A stretch of DNA of 62,962 nt, the filler included, from Deltaproteobacteria bacterium (GTDB lineage: Bacteria > Myxococcota > JACRCW01), in NCBI GenBank assembly GCA_016218805.1. It is 3 parts of 3 records of this genome, joined end to end, with 100 filler letters (N's around TTAATTAATTAA, not from the genome) between each part and the next. Parts side by side here need not be neighbours in the genome. Positions count along the whole stretch, not along the records: positions 19,793 to 42,323 come from JACRCW010000011.1; 2 more parts are not named here. The stretch is one strand, 5' to 3'. A program made the translations under genes and the position numbers. This document shows positions 33,146-42,423 of the stretch, piece after piece. The notes under the pieces were generated by a model, which made no database searches, had not been told where the DNA came from, and was given only the letters and a program-made list of their open reading frames with translations. How positions within the stretch are numbered: position 1 is the first letter of the stretch; each line of letters starts with the position of its first letter.

Positions 33146-34213
33146 ATGGGCAAGACGTGGCAGGTGCGCGGGTACCCTTGTGTGCTGGTGGCGGCGTTGC
33201 TGGCGCCGGTGATGACGGCGCACGCGCATGGTGGTGCAACGGGGAGCGGTTCCCAGTTGGTGCCGTACGCGGGGTTCCTGGAGCAGGACGGGATTCCCGT
33301 GAACGGCTACCGGGACTTCACCTTCCGCCTGTTTGACGTCGAGACGGGCGGCACGGAACTGTGGAGCGAGAGCCACGCGGGGGTCAGCATCGCGGCGGGG
33401 CAGTTCGCGGTGCACCTGGGTTCGCAGCACGCGCTGGCGGACCACATCCTGGCCTCCAGTGACCTGTACCTGGAGGTGGCCGTGCTGGATCCGGCAACCT
33501 CCACGCTGCTGTCCTTGTCGGGCCGGCAGCGCCTGGGCGCGGTGCCGTATGCGTACCGCGGCGCGCCCCGCGCGGACTTTCTGGTGGACGGCAATCTCAC
33601 GGTGGCCTCCAACGTGAGCATTGGCGGAGACCGCGCCAACTTCCCCGCGGCCAATGGCGCGTTGGTCGCCAATGCGTCCTCGCAGGGATTCTGGAGCGCC
33701 GCCGACGGGTGGAAGTGGCGCTGGGACAACGGCACGCTGGCGGTGGGCAGCGTGCCCATGAACGTGGTGTCCAGGGAATACACGGACGTGTTCTCCACCA
33801 CCTCCACCACGTTTGTGGACGTCACCAACTTCTCCGCCACCATCACGCCGTCCTCCACCTCCAGCCGCGTGCTGGTGATGGCCAACGTCACGGCGGGCAT
33901 GGGCGGGGCCATCGGCGGTTCCTACCGCGTCCTGCGTGAGAGCACGCCCATTGCGGTTCCCCCCGGCGTGTCCGGGTACACGCCGGTGACCGGTGCAACC
34001 TTCTACGGTGGCAGCAATGACGCGAACAACAACGAGACCTCGTCCGCCATCTACCTGGATTCGCCCGGGACGACGGCGCCGGTGACCTACAAGGTCCAGG
34101 TCTATTCCCCGCAGGCGGGTTGGCTGCGGGTGAATGCCATGGGCTCGGACGCGGCCAACCAGGGTTGGTCCATGCGCGCGCGCTCGTCGTTGACGTTGAT
34201 GGAGATCAAGTAG
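33146..34213 (+). CDS. Exported protein with a tail-fibre-like C-terminal domain
   Basis: Signal peptide (AHA); YAGFLE.DG.PVNG...FRLF...LYLEV...RQRL.AVPYA module; C-terminal SATITPSSTSSRVLV...LDSPGTT.PVTYKVQ...SSLTLMEI. Confidence 0.7.
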   Translation: MGKTWQVRGYPCVLVAALLAPVMTAHAHGGATGSGSQLVPYAGFLEQDGIPVNGYRDFTFRLFDVETGGTELWSESHAGVSIAAGQFAVHLGSQHALADHILASSDLYLEVAVLDPATSTLLSLSGRQRLGAVPYAYRGAPRADFLVDGNLTVASNVSIGGDRANFPAANGALVANASSQGFWSAADGWKWRWDNGTLAVGSVPMNVVSREYTDVFSTTSTTFVDVTNFSATITPSSTSSRVLVMANVTAGMGGAIGGSYRVLRESTPIAVPPGVSGYTPVTGATFYGGSNDANNNETSSAIYLDSPGTTAPVTYKVQVYSPQAGWLRVNAMGSDAANQGWSMRARSSLTLMEIK

Positions 34214-34225
34214 GAGCGCCGCCGC

Positions 34226-34597
34226 TCAAGGCGCAGCGGCCACGCGCCGCTCCAGGTCAGCAACGCGCGCCTCCAGGCGGCGCAACTGGTCCAGGTCCGC
34301 TTTCCGGGTGAGTTCGTCGCGGATGAGGCGCACCTCGGCGCGCAGTTCCCGGATCTCCGCGGAATGCTGCGTGATGGCGGCCTCCACCGCGGCGATGCGC
34401 CGTTCCATGCGGTCAAACCGGGCGTCCACGGCGTCAAACCGGGCGTCCATGCGCTCGCGCAGGCCCAGCAGTCCCTCGCCGAAGATGCGGAACTGGTCCC
34501 GCATGTCCTCGAGGATGATGGCCAACTGACCGGCGTCGGTTGACGACGGCTCTTGGAACGGATTGGCGGCAGGTGCTTTCTTCTTCTTCACGGCCAT
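34226..34597 (-). CDS. Small coiled-coil protein
   Basis: Heptad repeats MDARFDA/VDARFDR encoded by a 21-nt repeat; alternative GTG start at 34606. Confidence 0.7.
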   Translation of the reverse strand: MAVKKKKAPAANPFQEPSSTDAGQLAIILEDMRDQFRIFGEGLLGLRERMDARFDAVDARFDRMERRIAAVEAAITQHSAEIRELRAEVRLIRDELTRKADLDQLRRLEARVADLERRVAAAP

Positions 34598-34712
34598 GGC
34601 GGACACCTACCCCAGCGCTTGCCCATCCGCCACGGGCGTGTCCCAACCAGCGCCGGCATGCTAGGTGCCCCGCCGCGGTGCGCCGTACGAGCGCGCCCGA
34701 GGAGTGGTCGTC

Positions 34713-36236
34713 GTGGCGGAGATGGAAGACGATTTTGGCGCGTTGATTGAGGAGAGCCTCAAGAAGAAGAAGTCCGTGACGGCGGGGAGCCGCGTGAAGG
34801 CGCGCGTCACCCACGTTGGCCGGGAGCGCCTCCTGCTCACGCTGGACGGCGGCCTGGACGGGATGATGGAGCTCAACGAGCTGGGCGACGCGACCGAGCG
34901 CCCCGAGATCAAGGTGGGCGACGAGATTGAGGCGTACGTCCTGCGCGCCGACGACCGCGTGGTGGAGCTGGGGCTCCGCGCGGCGCGTGCCGGTGGCGCG
35001 GCCGCGCGCACCGCGCTGGAGGAGGCGCACGCGTCCGGGGTTCCCGTGGACGGGCACATCCTGGAAGTGAACAAGGGCGGCTACGTGGTGGACGTGCACG
35101 GGATGCGCTGCTTCTGCCCGCTGGGGCAGATGGACATCCGCCGCATTGAGGACCCCGCCACCATGGTGGGCCAGCGGCTGGCCTTCCGCGTGTCTGAGGT
35201 GCGCGGCGGGCGCGATATCGTCCTGTCACGCCGCGCGCTCATTGAGGCGGAGCAGGCGCAGAAGGCGGTGGAGACGCGCAAGCGGTTGGAGAAGGGCGCG
35301 CACTTCCGCGGCCGCGTGGTGAACGTGAAGGAGTTCGGCGCGTTTGTGGACCTGGGCGGGATTGAGGGCATGGTCCCGGCCTCCGAGCTGGGGTACGGCC
35401 ACCAGAAGCCGTCCGACGTGGTGCGCGTGGGCCAGGAGGTGGACGTGGAGGTGTTGCGCATTGAGCCGGGTAAGGACGGCAAAGGCGAGCGCATCTCGCT
35501 GTCCATGAAGGCGCTGGTGAAGGACCCGTTTGAGACCACCGCGGAGAAGCTGCCGGACGGCACGGTTGTGGTGGGGACGGTGACGCGCATCCAGCAGTTT
35601 GGCGCGTTTGTGGAGCTGGTGCCCGGTGTGGAGGGACTCATCCACGTGTCCGCGTTTGGCAAGCGCGTGGCGCGGCCGCAGGACGTGGTGCAGCCCGGGC
35701 AGGTGGTGGCGGTGCGGGTGGAGAACGTGGACGTGGAACAGCGCCGCATTGGCCTGGTGTACCTCCCTCCTGACGAAGTGCAGGGCCACGGCTGGGAGAT
35801 GCCGGCCGGCCCGTCCGCGGAGCTGCGCATCCTGGGCGCGCTGGACGCGGTGCCGGTGGCGGCGGAGGCCGGGGGGGCACCGCGCAAGACGGCGGCGCCC
35901 GGCCCCGTGGCGCGCGAGGGAGACGTGGTGGAGGCCACCGTCGACAAGGTGGAGCCGTTTGGGCTGTTTTTGAAGTGGGCCACCGGGCGCGGGCTGGTGC
36001 ACGCCTCCGAACTGGGCGTGCCGCGCAACACGGACCTGCGCAAGCAGTTTCCCGTGGGCTCCAGCATGCGCGTCACCGTCCTGGAGGTGCGCCCCGACGG
36101 GAAGCTGCGCCTGAGCAAGACCGCGGTGGAACGCGCGGAGGAGCGGGCGGAGACCGAGGCCTACATGGCCAAGGCCGCACCGTCCGGCGGGGGCAAGGGG
36201 TTCGGGACGTTCGCGGACCTGCTCAAGAAGAAGTGA
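34713..36236 (+). CDS. Multi-S1-domain RNA-binding protein (ribosomal protein S1 paralogue)
   Basis: DFGALIEES, NKGG..V, F.P..Q.D, repeated FGAFV.L..G.EG..H.S, ISLS.K, tail GFGTFADLL; GAGGAG before the GTG. Confidence 0.88.
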   Translation: MAEMEDDFGALIEESLKKKKSVTAGSRVKARVTHVGRERLLLTLDGGLDGMMELNELGDATERPEIKVGDEIEAYVLRADDRVVELGLRAARAGGAAARTALEEAHASGVPVDGHILEVNKGGYVVDVHGMRCFCPLGQMDIRRIEDPATMVGQRLAFRVSEVRGGRDIVLSRRALIEAEQAQKAVETRKRLEKGAHFRGRVVNVKEFGAFVDLGGIEGMVPASELGYGHQKPSDVVRVGQEVDVEVLRIEPGKDGKGERISLSMKALVKDPFETTAEKLPDGTVVVGTVTRIQQFGAFVELVPGVEGLIHVSAFGKRVARPQDVVQPGQVVAVRVENVDVEQRRIGLVYLPPDEVQGHGWEMPAGPSAELRILGALDAVPVAAEAGGAPRKTAAPGPVAREGDVVEATVDKVEPFGLFLKWATGRGLVHASELGVPRNTDLRKQFPVGSSMRVTVLEVRPDGKLRLSKTAVERAEERAETEAYMAKAAPSGGGKGFGTFADLLKKK

Positions 36237-36794
36237 CCACCCACGCGCGCATGACGGAGGAGCAGTACCTCGCCTTTGACATTGCCAACGAGGGCAAGCA
36301 CGAGTTTGTCAACGGCGAAGCGGTTGCCATGGCGGGTGCGTCCGAGGCGCACAGCATTCTCCAGGCAAACATCCTGGTGGCCCTGACGAACCGCCTGCGC
36401 GGCGGACGCTGTCGGGTGCACGGTTCGGACCTGCGCGTGCGCCTAGCAGAGACCGGGATGTACGCGTATCCGGACGTGACGGTGGTCTGCGGAAAGGCGG
36501 AGTTTGCGCCCACGCGGCCGGAGTCGCTGCTCAACCCGCGCGTCATCGTCGAAGTGCTCAGCGAGACGACCGCCAACTACGACCTCGGCGCCAAAGGCCG
36601 CACACTATCGGCGCCGGGCATCCGTGGAGGCCATCGTGTTCGTGGATTCGCAGCGGCGGCACGTGGAGCTGCAGTCCCGCAACGCCGACGGAACGTGGAC
36701 CCTGGCGGAGCTGGGAGCCGGTCAGGTGAGCATCACGCCGTTGGGCGTCCAGCTTCCCGTTGACGAGTTGTACGACGGCGTCCCGCTGCCCTGA
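36233..36794 (+). pseudogene. Uma2-family endonuclease with a +1 frameshift
   Basis: KHEFVNGE..AMAG.S..H, YPDV.V.C, NP.VIVEVLS.TT..YD.G.K, then YR...V...D continues in another frame. Extra A in GCCAAAGGCC at about 36593. Confidence 0.8.
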
Positions 36795-36803
36795 GCCCCG
36801 CGC

Positions 36804-39086
36804 TCACCACGCGAACGGCAGCTGCAGGCCCACCGACGGGGCCACAGACCACAGGTGCGGTTCGCGGTGGCGGATGGCTGGCCACCAGTGCGCGGACAAC
36901 TGCAGGCGCAGCAGGTGCAGCACGCTGAGGCTGGCCATGCCCTGGAACACCAGCCGGCTGCACGGCGCCTGCCGCTGCGCCCCGACGTGACAGGACCCGA
37001 ACCCGGCCAAGTCCGCGCTGGAGAACAGCATCCCGGCACGCGCACCCAGGCGCGGCTGCAACCAGGACCCGCTGAAGAACAGCGGTTCCGCTTCCACGCC
37101 CAGCAGCGGCGTGAGCCCCACGTACGTGGCGCGGCTGGAAAGCAGCGTGTCAATTCCGTCAAACCCCAGCGCGGTGGACAGGCGCAGCCAGGACATCCAC
37201 GTGTCAGGCCCGGTTGTGGACCAGCCCAGCTCCGGCTGCGGCCCCATCAGCGCGTGCACCAGGTGCCGCGGTGGGCGGTAGGCCAGCGTGTTGAGCCCGG
37301 CTTCCAGCGCCACGTGCGCGGGCAGCGCATCGCGCCCCTGCTGGATGGCCAGGCTGGCGGCAACCTGTGACAGCACGCTGCGGATGCGCGCCTGCCCCAG
37401 TCCGGATGACGCGCGCGGCAGTCCAAGGTCGCGATACAGGAATCCATACCCGCCCAGGCGGCGCGTGACGTGGCGCAGGTCCGACTCGCCCGCCTGGGCG
37501 GCCCACCCGGTGCGCTCCTCCACGTACGGCACGCGCGGCGGACGGGCGCCTTCCATCGCGGCGCGGCAACGGGGGTCGTCCACCTCGTCAGGCGAGGTTC
37601 CCTGCTGCCGCGCGCGCACGCACCCGTCATACAGGCGCTCCAAAGACACGCGCAGCAGGATGCGGAAGTCCTTCAGGTCCGCACCCCGGCACGCGTCGTT
37701 GGCGCGGGTGGGCGCGTCCAGCACGGCGTGCAGGCAGCGGTATGGGGCCCATTCAGCGCGCGCGCCGTCCAGGTGCCGGGCGTTGACCTCCGGGAGCAGC
37801 AACGCCGTGCCGTTCCCACGGGGAATGATGGCATCCTGCAGCACGCGGTGCGCGTCATACATGCCCACCATGAAATCAAACCGCCGGAATTCCTCCTCCA
37901 TGAATCCCATGAAACCAAACAGCGGTTCGCCCGCCTTGGGCAGGTGTCCGCGCGCCAGCACCAGGCGCTCCCGAACCTCCACGTCCTGTCCCAGCACCGT
38001 CTCCAGCGCCTGGTTGCGCGCGCCGTCAATGAGCTCACCGCCCAGCGCCGCCGCCATGGCCACCACGCGGTCACCGGGCTTGCTCTCCGGAGCCACCATG
38101 GGCGGGCTGGGATGCGTGCGCACGTCGGGGGACACGTGCAGCAGCAGCGCGTCCGCGGGAATGGGCGGCACCTGGTCCAGCGCCTGGTCGCGGATGCGCA
38201 GGACGCCCGCCGCGTCACGGTACACGCCGGCGCGCAGTGCCGTGGCCGCCAGCCCCACCGGCTGGTTGTCCAGGAATCCCCCGTCCACAAACTGGTCCGA
38301 GCGCGCGTCGCGCTTCATGCAGGTTCGGCGCCCGTTGGCCCCGCCGGGCGCCAGGCAGTGCGCCACCGCCACCGGCGCAAACGCAATGGGAAACGCGCTG
38401 GACGCGGACAACAACGCGGTGACGGAACCGAACGGGTCCGCGTCCGGCCCATCCAGCGGCAACAGCGGCTGCAACAGCGCACCGGGCACACCCGCGTGGT
38501 TGGTGAGCACCACCGCACCGGCGTCACTGGAACGGATGCGCAGCAGGAAGCGCTCTGTGGACCGGGGCAGCCGCAGCGCCTGGCCCTGCACCGGCACGTT
38601 GAGCGCGCGCACGCGCGTCGCTGTCATCCCCACCAGCACGTCGCATCCCGGGCGCAGGCCGCCGCGCCATGCTTCGTCCAGGGCGGCCACTGCGGGGGCA
38701 AACGCTTCCCGCGTGAACACCGCCGTGGCGTGGACTTGGTCCGGTTGGTACAGGCGCCCCAGTCCCACAGGCATCCACGTGCGCCAGAACAGGCTGCGGC
38801 TGGGGCGCGGCTCAGGGGGACGGCAGGACTCCAGCGCCGCGGTGAGCGCGTTGATGCTCCCGGCGGATGCGCCCGTGAACACGCGCGGGTCCAGCGCGCC
38901 GGGGTTCAGCCGCGCGGTCTCCACCACGTAGTACAGCAGCCCCGCTTCATACGCGCCCAACGACACGCCGCCGCTGATGGTGATGGACAGCGGGCGCGCC
39001 CGCGTTGTGTCCTCCTGGGCGCGCGCGGAGGAGGGCAGGGCCAGCGCTGCCAGCAGCCACCAACGGGAGAGCGTGCCGCGGTGCAT
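36804..39086 (-). CDS. Exported patatin-like phospholipase with beta-rich C-terminus
   Basis: Signal peptide (ARA); SGGVSLGAYEAG, GASAG (GxSxG), ASSAFP.AF.P, DGG..DN.P. Confidence 0.88.
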   Translation of the reverse strand: MHRGTLSRWWLLAALALPSSARAQEDTTRARPLSITISGGVSLGAYEAGLLYYVVETARLNPGALDPRVFTGASAGSINALTAALESCRPPEPRPSRSLFWRTWMPVGLGRLYQPDQVHATAVFTREAFAPAVAALDEAWRGGLRPGCDVLVGMTATRVRALNVPVQGQALRLPRSTERFLLRIRSSDAGAVVLTNHAGVPGALLQPLLPLDGPDADPFGSVTALLSASSAFPIAFAPVAVAHCLAPGGANGRRTCMKRDARSDQFVDGGFLDNQPVGLAATALRAGVYRDAAGVLRIRDQALDQVPPIPADALLLHVSPDVRTHPSPPMVAPESKPGDRVVAMAAALGGELIDGARNQALETVLGQDVEVRERLVLARGHLPKAGEPLFGFMGFMEEEFRRFDFMVGMYDAHRVLQDAIIPRGNGTALLLPEVNARHLDGARAEWAPYRCLHAVLDAPTRANDACRGADLKDFRILLRVSLERLYDGCVRARQQGTSPDEVDDPRCRAAMEGARPPRVPYVEERTGWAAQAGESDLRHVTRRLGGYGFLYRDLGLPRASSGLGQARIRSVLSQVAASLAIQQGRDALPAHVALEAGLNTLAYRPPRHLVHALMGPQPELGWSTTGPDTWMSWLRLSTALGFDGIDTLLSSRATYVGLTPLLGVEAEPLFFSGSWLQPRLGARAGMLFSSADLAGFGSCHVGAQRQAPCSRLVFQGMASLSVLHLLRLQLSAHWWPAIRHREPHLWSVAPSVGLQLPFAW

Positions 39087-39093
39087 GGTCCCT

Positions 39094-39507
39094 TCAGCGG
39101 TGGAAGAACCACAGGCCCATGCCCAGCGCCGCCGCCCCAAACGGAATCCCCGCGCCCGTCCAGCGCACGCGCCGCGCCCAGCGCAACAGGTCATCGCCCT
39201 GCGTCTGACGGCGGCGGATCACCAGCACCACGCACACCGCGTTGCAGCCCAGCGCCACCCCGGCCAGCGCCAGCTTCACCCCGTGGAGCCAGGACAGCGG
39301 CCACACCAGCCAGGCCAGCACCACGCCCGAACTCACCACCCCCACCAGCAGCGGCAGCTCCACGCACAGGTCCAGCCAGTAGTGCAGCCGCGCGGCGTGG
39401 CGGCGGGATGCCTCGTCGGTGGCAGTGAGCTCCAGCACAATCTCGCCCAGGACAAGGCCGCCCCACAGCCCCAGCAGGAACAGGTGAGCCAGGCGCGCCA
39501 GGACCAT
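39094..39507 (-). CDS. Hypothetical membrane protein (about 4 TM)
   Basis: Four hydrophobic segments, GGAGG RBS, co-oriented just upstream of the patatin gene. Confidence 0.7.
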   Translation of the reverse strand: MVLARLAHLFLLGLWGGLVLGEIVLELTATDEASRRHAARLHYWLDLCVELPLLVGVVSSGVVLAWLVWPLSWLHGVKLALAGVALGCNAVCVVLVIRRRQTQGDDLLRWARRVRWTGAGIPFGAAALGMGLWFFHR

Positions 39508-39677
39508 GCGCCCTCCATACCGCGGGCCCGACCGGGAATGCGACGCGGTGACCGGGATTCAGACAGGTGCCGCGGATGCCTGCCGCGGTCTTCCGCGCCC
39601 GCCGGCTTGGCCCGCCTCCTGCTTTGCGCCGCGCCATCACATTCATGCGGGCGTTGGTCCCGCGGGGGGAACACACG

Positions 39678-40460
39678 ATGAAGATGGGCTGGATGACGGG
39701 TGGTGCGCTGGTGCTGGTGCTGATGGGTTGCGGTGGCCCGGAGGACGCGGCGTGGGACGCTGAGCTTGCTGAGGGAACGGCGGACGAAGCGCTCCAGGGC
39801 GGCGCAGCCACATCGGGGTACGCCGCGGTGGGGCTGGTGGTGACAACGGACGGGTCCACGTGCACGGGCACGCTGGTGACGCCGCGCGTGGTGTTGACGG
39901 CGGCGCATTGCGCCGCCACGCGCGTGGAGGCGTTCTACACGGGGGCGGGCGCGGCAGTCTCCGCTGACGAGGGTGACCTGTCCGAAGCGCTGGACCGCAT
40001 GGCGCGGCACGCGGTCAGGCGGCAGGCGGCGCACCCGGAGTATGACGACACGACGTGCGGGGGTTCGCCGGATGTGGCGCTGCTGTGGCTGGGGCGGCCG
40101 GTGACGGGCACGCGCGCCGTGCGGCTGTCCAGTGATGACGAAGTGCTTCCGGGCGCGCTGTGCACGGCGGTGGGGTTCGGGCTGCACGGGCGCGGCGGGA
40201 GCGCCACCTACGCGCGCAAGCGGTCCGGGCGCGAGCAGGTGGTGGCGCTTTCGGATGATTCCTTGTGGGTGCGTTACCGGACGGCGGTGGCGGACCACGG
40301 TGACAGCGGGGGGCCCTTGCTGTGCAGCGGGCGCATTGCCGGTGTGGTGAGCTGCGGTGACGAACGCACCCCGCGCAACCGGGTCATCACCTACGCGCGC
40401 CCCCAGGCGGTGCGGGCGTGGATGGCGTCCACCATCCGCGCGTGGACGGCCGCGCCGTAG
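39678..40460 (+). CDS. Trypsin-like (S1) serine protease lipoprotein
   Basis: LMGC lipobox; CTGTLV, LTAAHC, DVALL, GDSGGPL catalytic triad. Confidence 0.9.
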   Translation: MKMGWMTGGALVLVLMGCGGPEDAAWDAELAEGTADEALQGGAATSGYAAVGLVVTTDGSTCTGTLVTPRVVLTAAHCAATRVEAFYTGAGAAVSADEGDLSEALDRMARHAVRRQAAHPEYDDTTCGGSPDVALLWLGRPVTGTRAVRLSSDDEVLPGALCTAVGFGLHGRGGSATYARKRSGREQVVALSDDSLWVRYRTAVADHGDSGGPLLCSGRIAGVVSCGDERTPRNRVITYARPQAVRAWMASTIRAWTAAP

Positions 40461-41153
40461 TCAGGACGCCGCGCGCAGTTCGGCCACCCAGCGCGCCAGG
40501 CCGTCCACGATCTCGTCAATGGTGAGCGCGGTGGTGTCCATCAGCCGGGCATCCGCCGCGCGCGCCAGCGGTGCGGTGGCGCGCTGGGTGTCCTGCTCGT
40601 CACGCTGGATGATGTCGCGGGTGACATCCGCCAGGGATGGGGCGACGCCTTTGCGCTGCAGCTCTTCGTGGCGGCGGCGCGCGCGCTCCGCCACGCTGGC
40701 ATCCATGAACACCTTGAGCTCCGCGTCCGGAAACACCACGGTCCCAATGTCCCGGCCCTCCAGCACCGCGCCCGGTTGCGGTGCGTCCAGGGCCAGGCGG
40801 CGCTGCAACTCCAGCAGGCCCGCCCGCACCACGGGGCGCGCGGACACGTCGGACGCGGCGCGGCTGGCCTCCGGCGTCCGGATCGCTTCGGTCACATCAT
40901 CACCGTCCAGCAGCACGCGGTTGACGTCACCCTCAAAGCGGAACCCGATGCGGACGCCCGCCACCAGCGGCTTCATGCCGGCGTCGTCAGAGAACGGGAC
41001 GCCGGACCGCCCCGCCTTCAGGGCGATGGAGCGGTAGATGGCCCCGGTGTCCACCAGCGCAAACCCCAGCCGTTGCGCCAGGCGCTTGCTGACCGTGCTC
41101 TTGCCGGCGCCTGCCGGCCCGTCCAGCGCGACGATGAACTTGCCGCTCGGCAT
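40461..41153 (-). CDS. cmk: Cytidylate kinase
   Basis: DGPAGAGKST, DTGAIYR, EGRDIGTVVFPDA, RARRR, RD..D..R..APL. Confidence 0.96.
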   Translation of the reverse strand: MPSGKFIVALDGPAGAGKSTVSKRLAQRLGFALVDTGAIYRSIALKAGRSGVPFSDDAGMKPLVAGVRIGFRFEGDVNRVLLDGDDVTEAIRTPEASRAASDVSARPVVRAGLLELQRRLALDAPQPGAVLEGRDIGTVVFPDAELKVFMDASVAERARRRHEELQRKGVAPSLADVTRDIIQRDEQDTQRATAPLARAADARLMDTTALTIDEIVDGLARWVAELRAAS

Positions 41154-41658
41154 GGGCTGGCGCGTACCACATCTCCCGCCTCGGTCAACGTGGGCCGCAT
41201 GATGACCGCGCACGGCTCGCCGTGGTGTGGCACTGCGGGTGGGCGCGGCACCCGAGTCGGGCAGGGCTGGGAAGGGTGCGGGCGTTTCGGGACCGCGGCA
41301 CGGGCCGGTGGCCCCGACCACCTCTTCGCCCCGGTGGGTGTAACGATAAACGCCACACTTCCGCGGTCGCGTACCCGGCCGGCCGGCTCGTCGGCGGCGG
41401 GCGTAATGTCAACATTACGGTCGGGCGACCGGCACCCCCCTTGCGCCCCGGCCAGGCGGCTCTTGGCGTGGCCCCTACCCAGCCCTGAGCCAACGGGCCG
41501 CGCGGATTCCCCAGGACGCGCGGTGGGCATCCCGCCGTTTACGTCCCGGCGGCAGGCGCTTCCCCGTTGCGGGTTGTTCGTCCGGTGGTTCATCAGCGCG
41601 TGGCGAGTTTCCTCACCGGTGTCGCCGCGCACGCGCCGACGGCGCAGCGGCCGCCCGT

Positions 41659-41723
41659 GACAGCCGCCCGGTGGGCCGGGACAGCGGAGCGGTGATCCGG
41701 GAACAGCGGGCCGGTGGGCCGGG
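41659..41723. repeat. Degenerate tandem repeat, period about 21 nt
   Basis: GACAGCCGCCCGGTGGGCCGG / GACAGCGGAGCGGTGATCCGG / GAACAGCGGGCCGGTGGGCCGG. Confidence 0.6.
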
Positions 41724-41899
41724 CTGTCCGGGGCTGGGGTCTTCCGGTCACGGCCGGCCGCCGGGCTGGGGGAAGCGGCGCCGGACGGCGTCTCAGCCCT
41801 GCGGAGGCCGTTCGACGGCAGGTTGCCCCTTGGTGCGGGCAGCGGCGCGCCGTTCACGGCGGAGTTGTGATGCGTACCGCACGCCGAGCTGCAACAACC

Positions 41900-42050
41900 G
41901 CGGGCGTGCTTCCGCCACTGGAAGCGCAGCGCGGAGGCCACTTCGGACACGTCATCATCCAGCAGGTGGAACATCCGGTTGCGCTGGGCTTGCAGCTCCG
42001 CGGCGTCCTCGGCCGTGGAAGCCGGCAGGTCCGCGCTGAGACGCTGAAGC
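41900..42050 (-). pseudogene. Remnant of a helical hypothetical gene (boundaries approximate)
   Basis: Protein-like stretch LSADLPASTAEDAAELQAQRNRMFHLLDDDVSEVASALRFQWRKH with host codon style, inside an otherwise non-coding 1.1-kb region. Confidence 0.4.
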
Positions 42051-42182
42051 GGGGTTGGAGCCGCCCAGCGCGCCGTTGACCACAAGCCGGTCACGGTGTC
42101 CGAAACCCGGTCACTCCGAAAACAGGGCGGGCTGTTGAATCAACGCTTTGCCTCCGGCGCGGGTATTGCTTTGGCGCGTCCT

Positions 42183-42323
42183 CGTGCCGGGCCACGTTTG
42201 TACCCGGGCGGGGGCGCGGCCGCGTCTCAAGTACGCCCGTGGGGTGGGAATCCGAGCTGCCCCGGCCAGCCGATGAGGAGACCAGTGTTCGTCTAGATCG
42301 AACCTTGACGGGTGACGCGCGGG
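42183..42323 (+). repeat. 123-bp non-coding repeat, copy 2 (plus 18 further bases to the contig end); probable mobile-element end
   Basis: 42183-42305 is the reverse complement of 19793-19915 apart from TT vs CA at 42198-42199. Confidence 0.9.
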
Positions 42324-42423
42324 NNNNNNNNNNNNNNNNNNNNNNNNNNNNNNNNNNNNNNNNNNNNTTAATTAATTAANNNNNNNNNNNNNNNNNNNNN
42401 NNNNNNNNNNNNNNNNNNNNNNN
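42324..42423. other. Artificial contig spacer
   Basis: 44 N + TTAATTAATTAA + 44 N. Confidence 0.99.

Noticed and set aside
19793..42323. Contig 2 as a linear plasmid or giant transposon bounded by 123-bp terminal inverted repeats
   Set aside because: It carries chromosomal genes (cmk, preTA, S1 paralogue) and no replication or transposase gene, and the two ends stop at different points in the repeat. Assembly breaks at two copies of a dispersed repeat are simpler.
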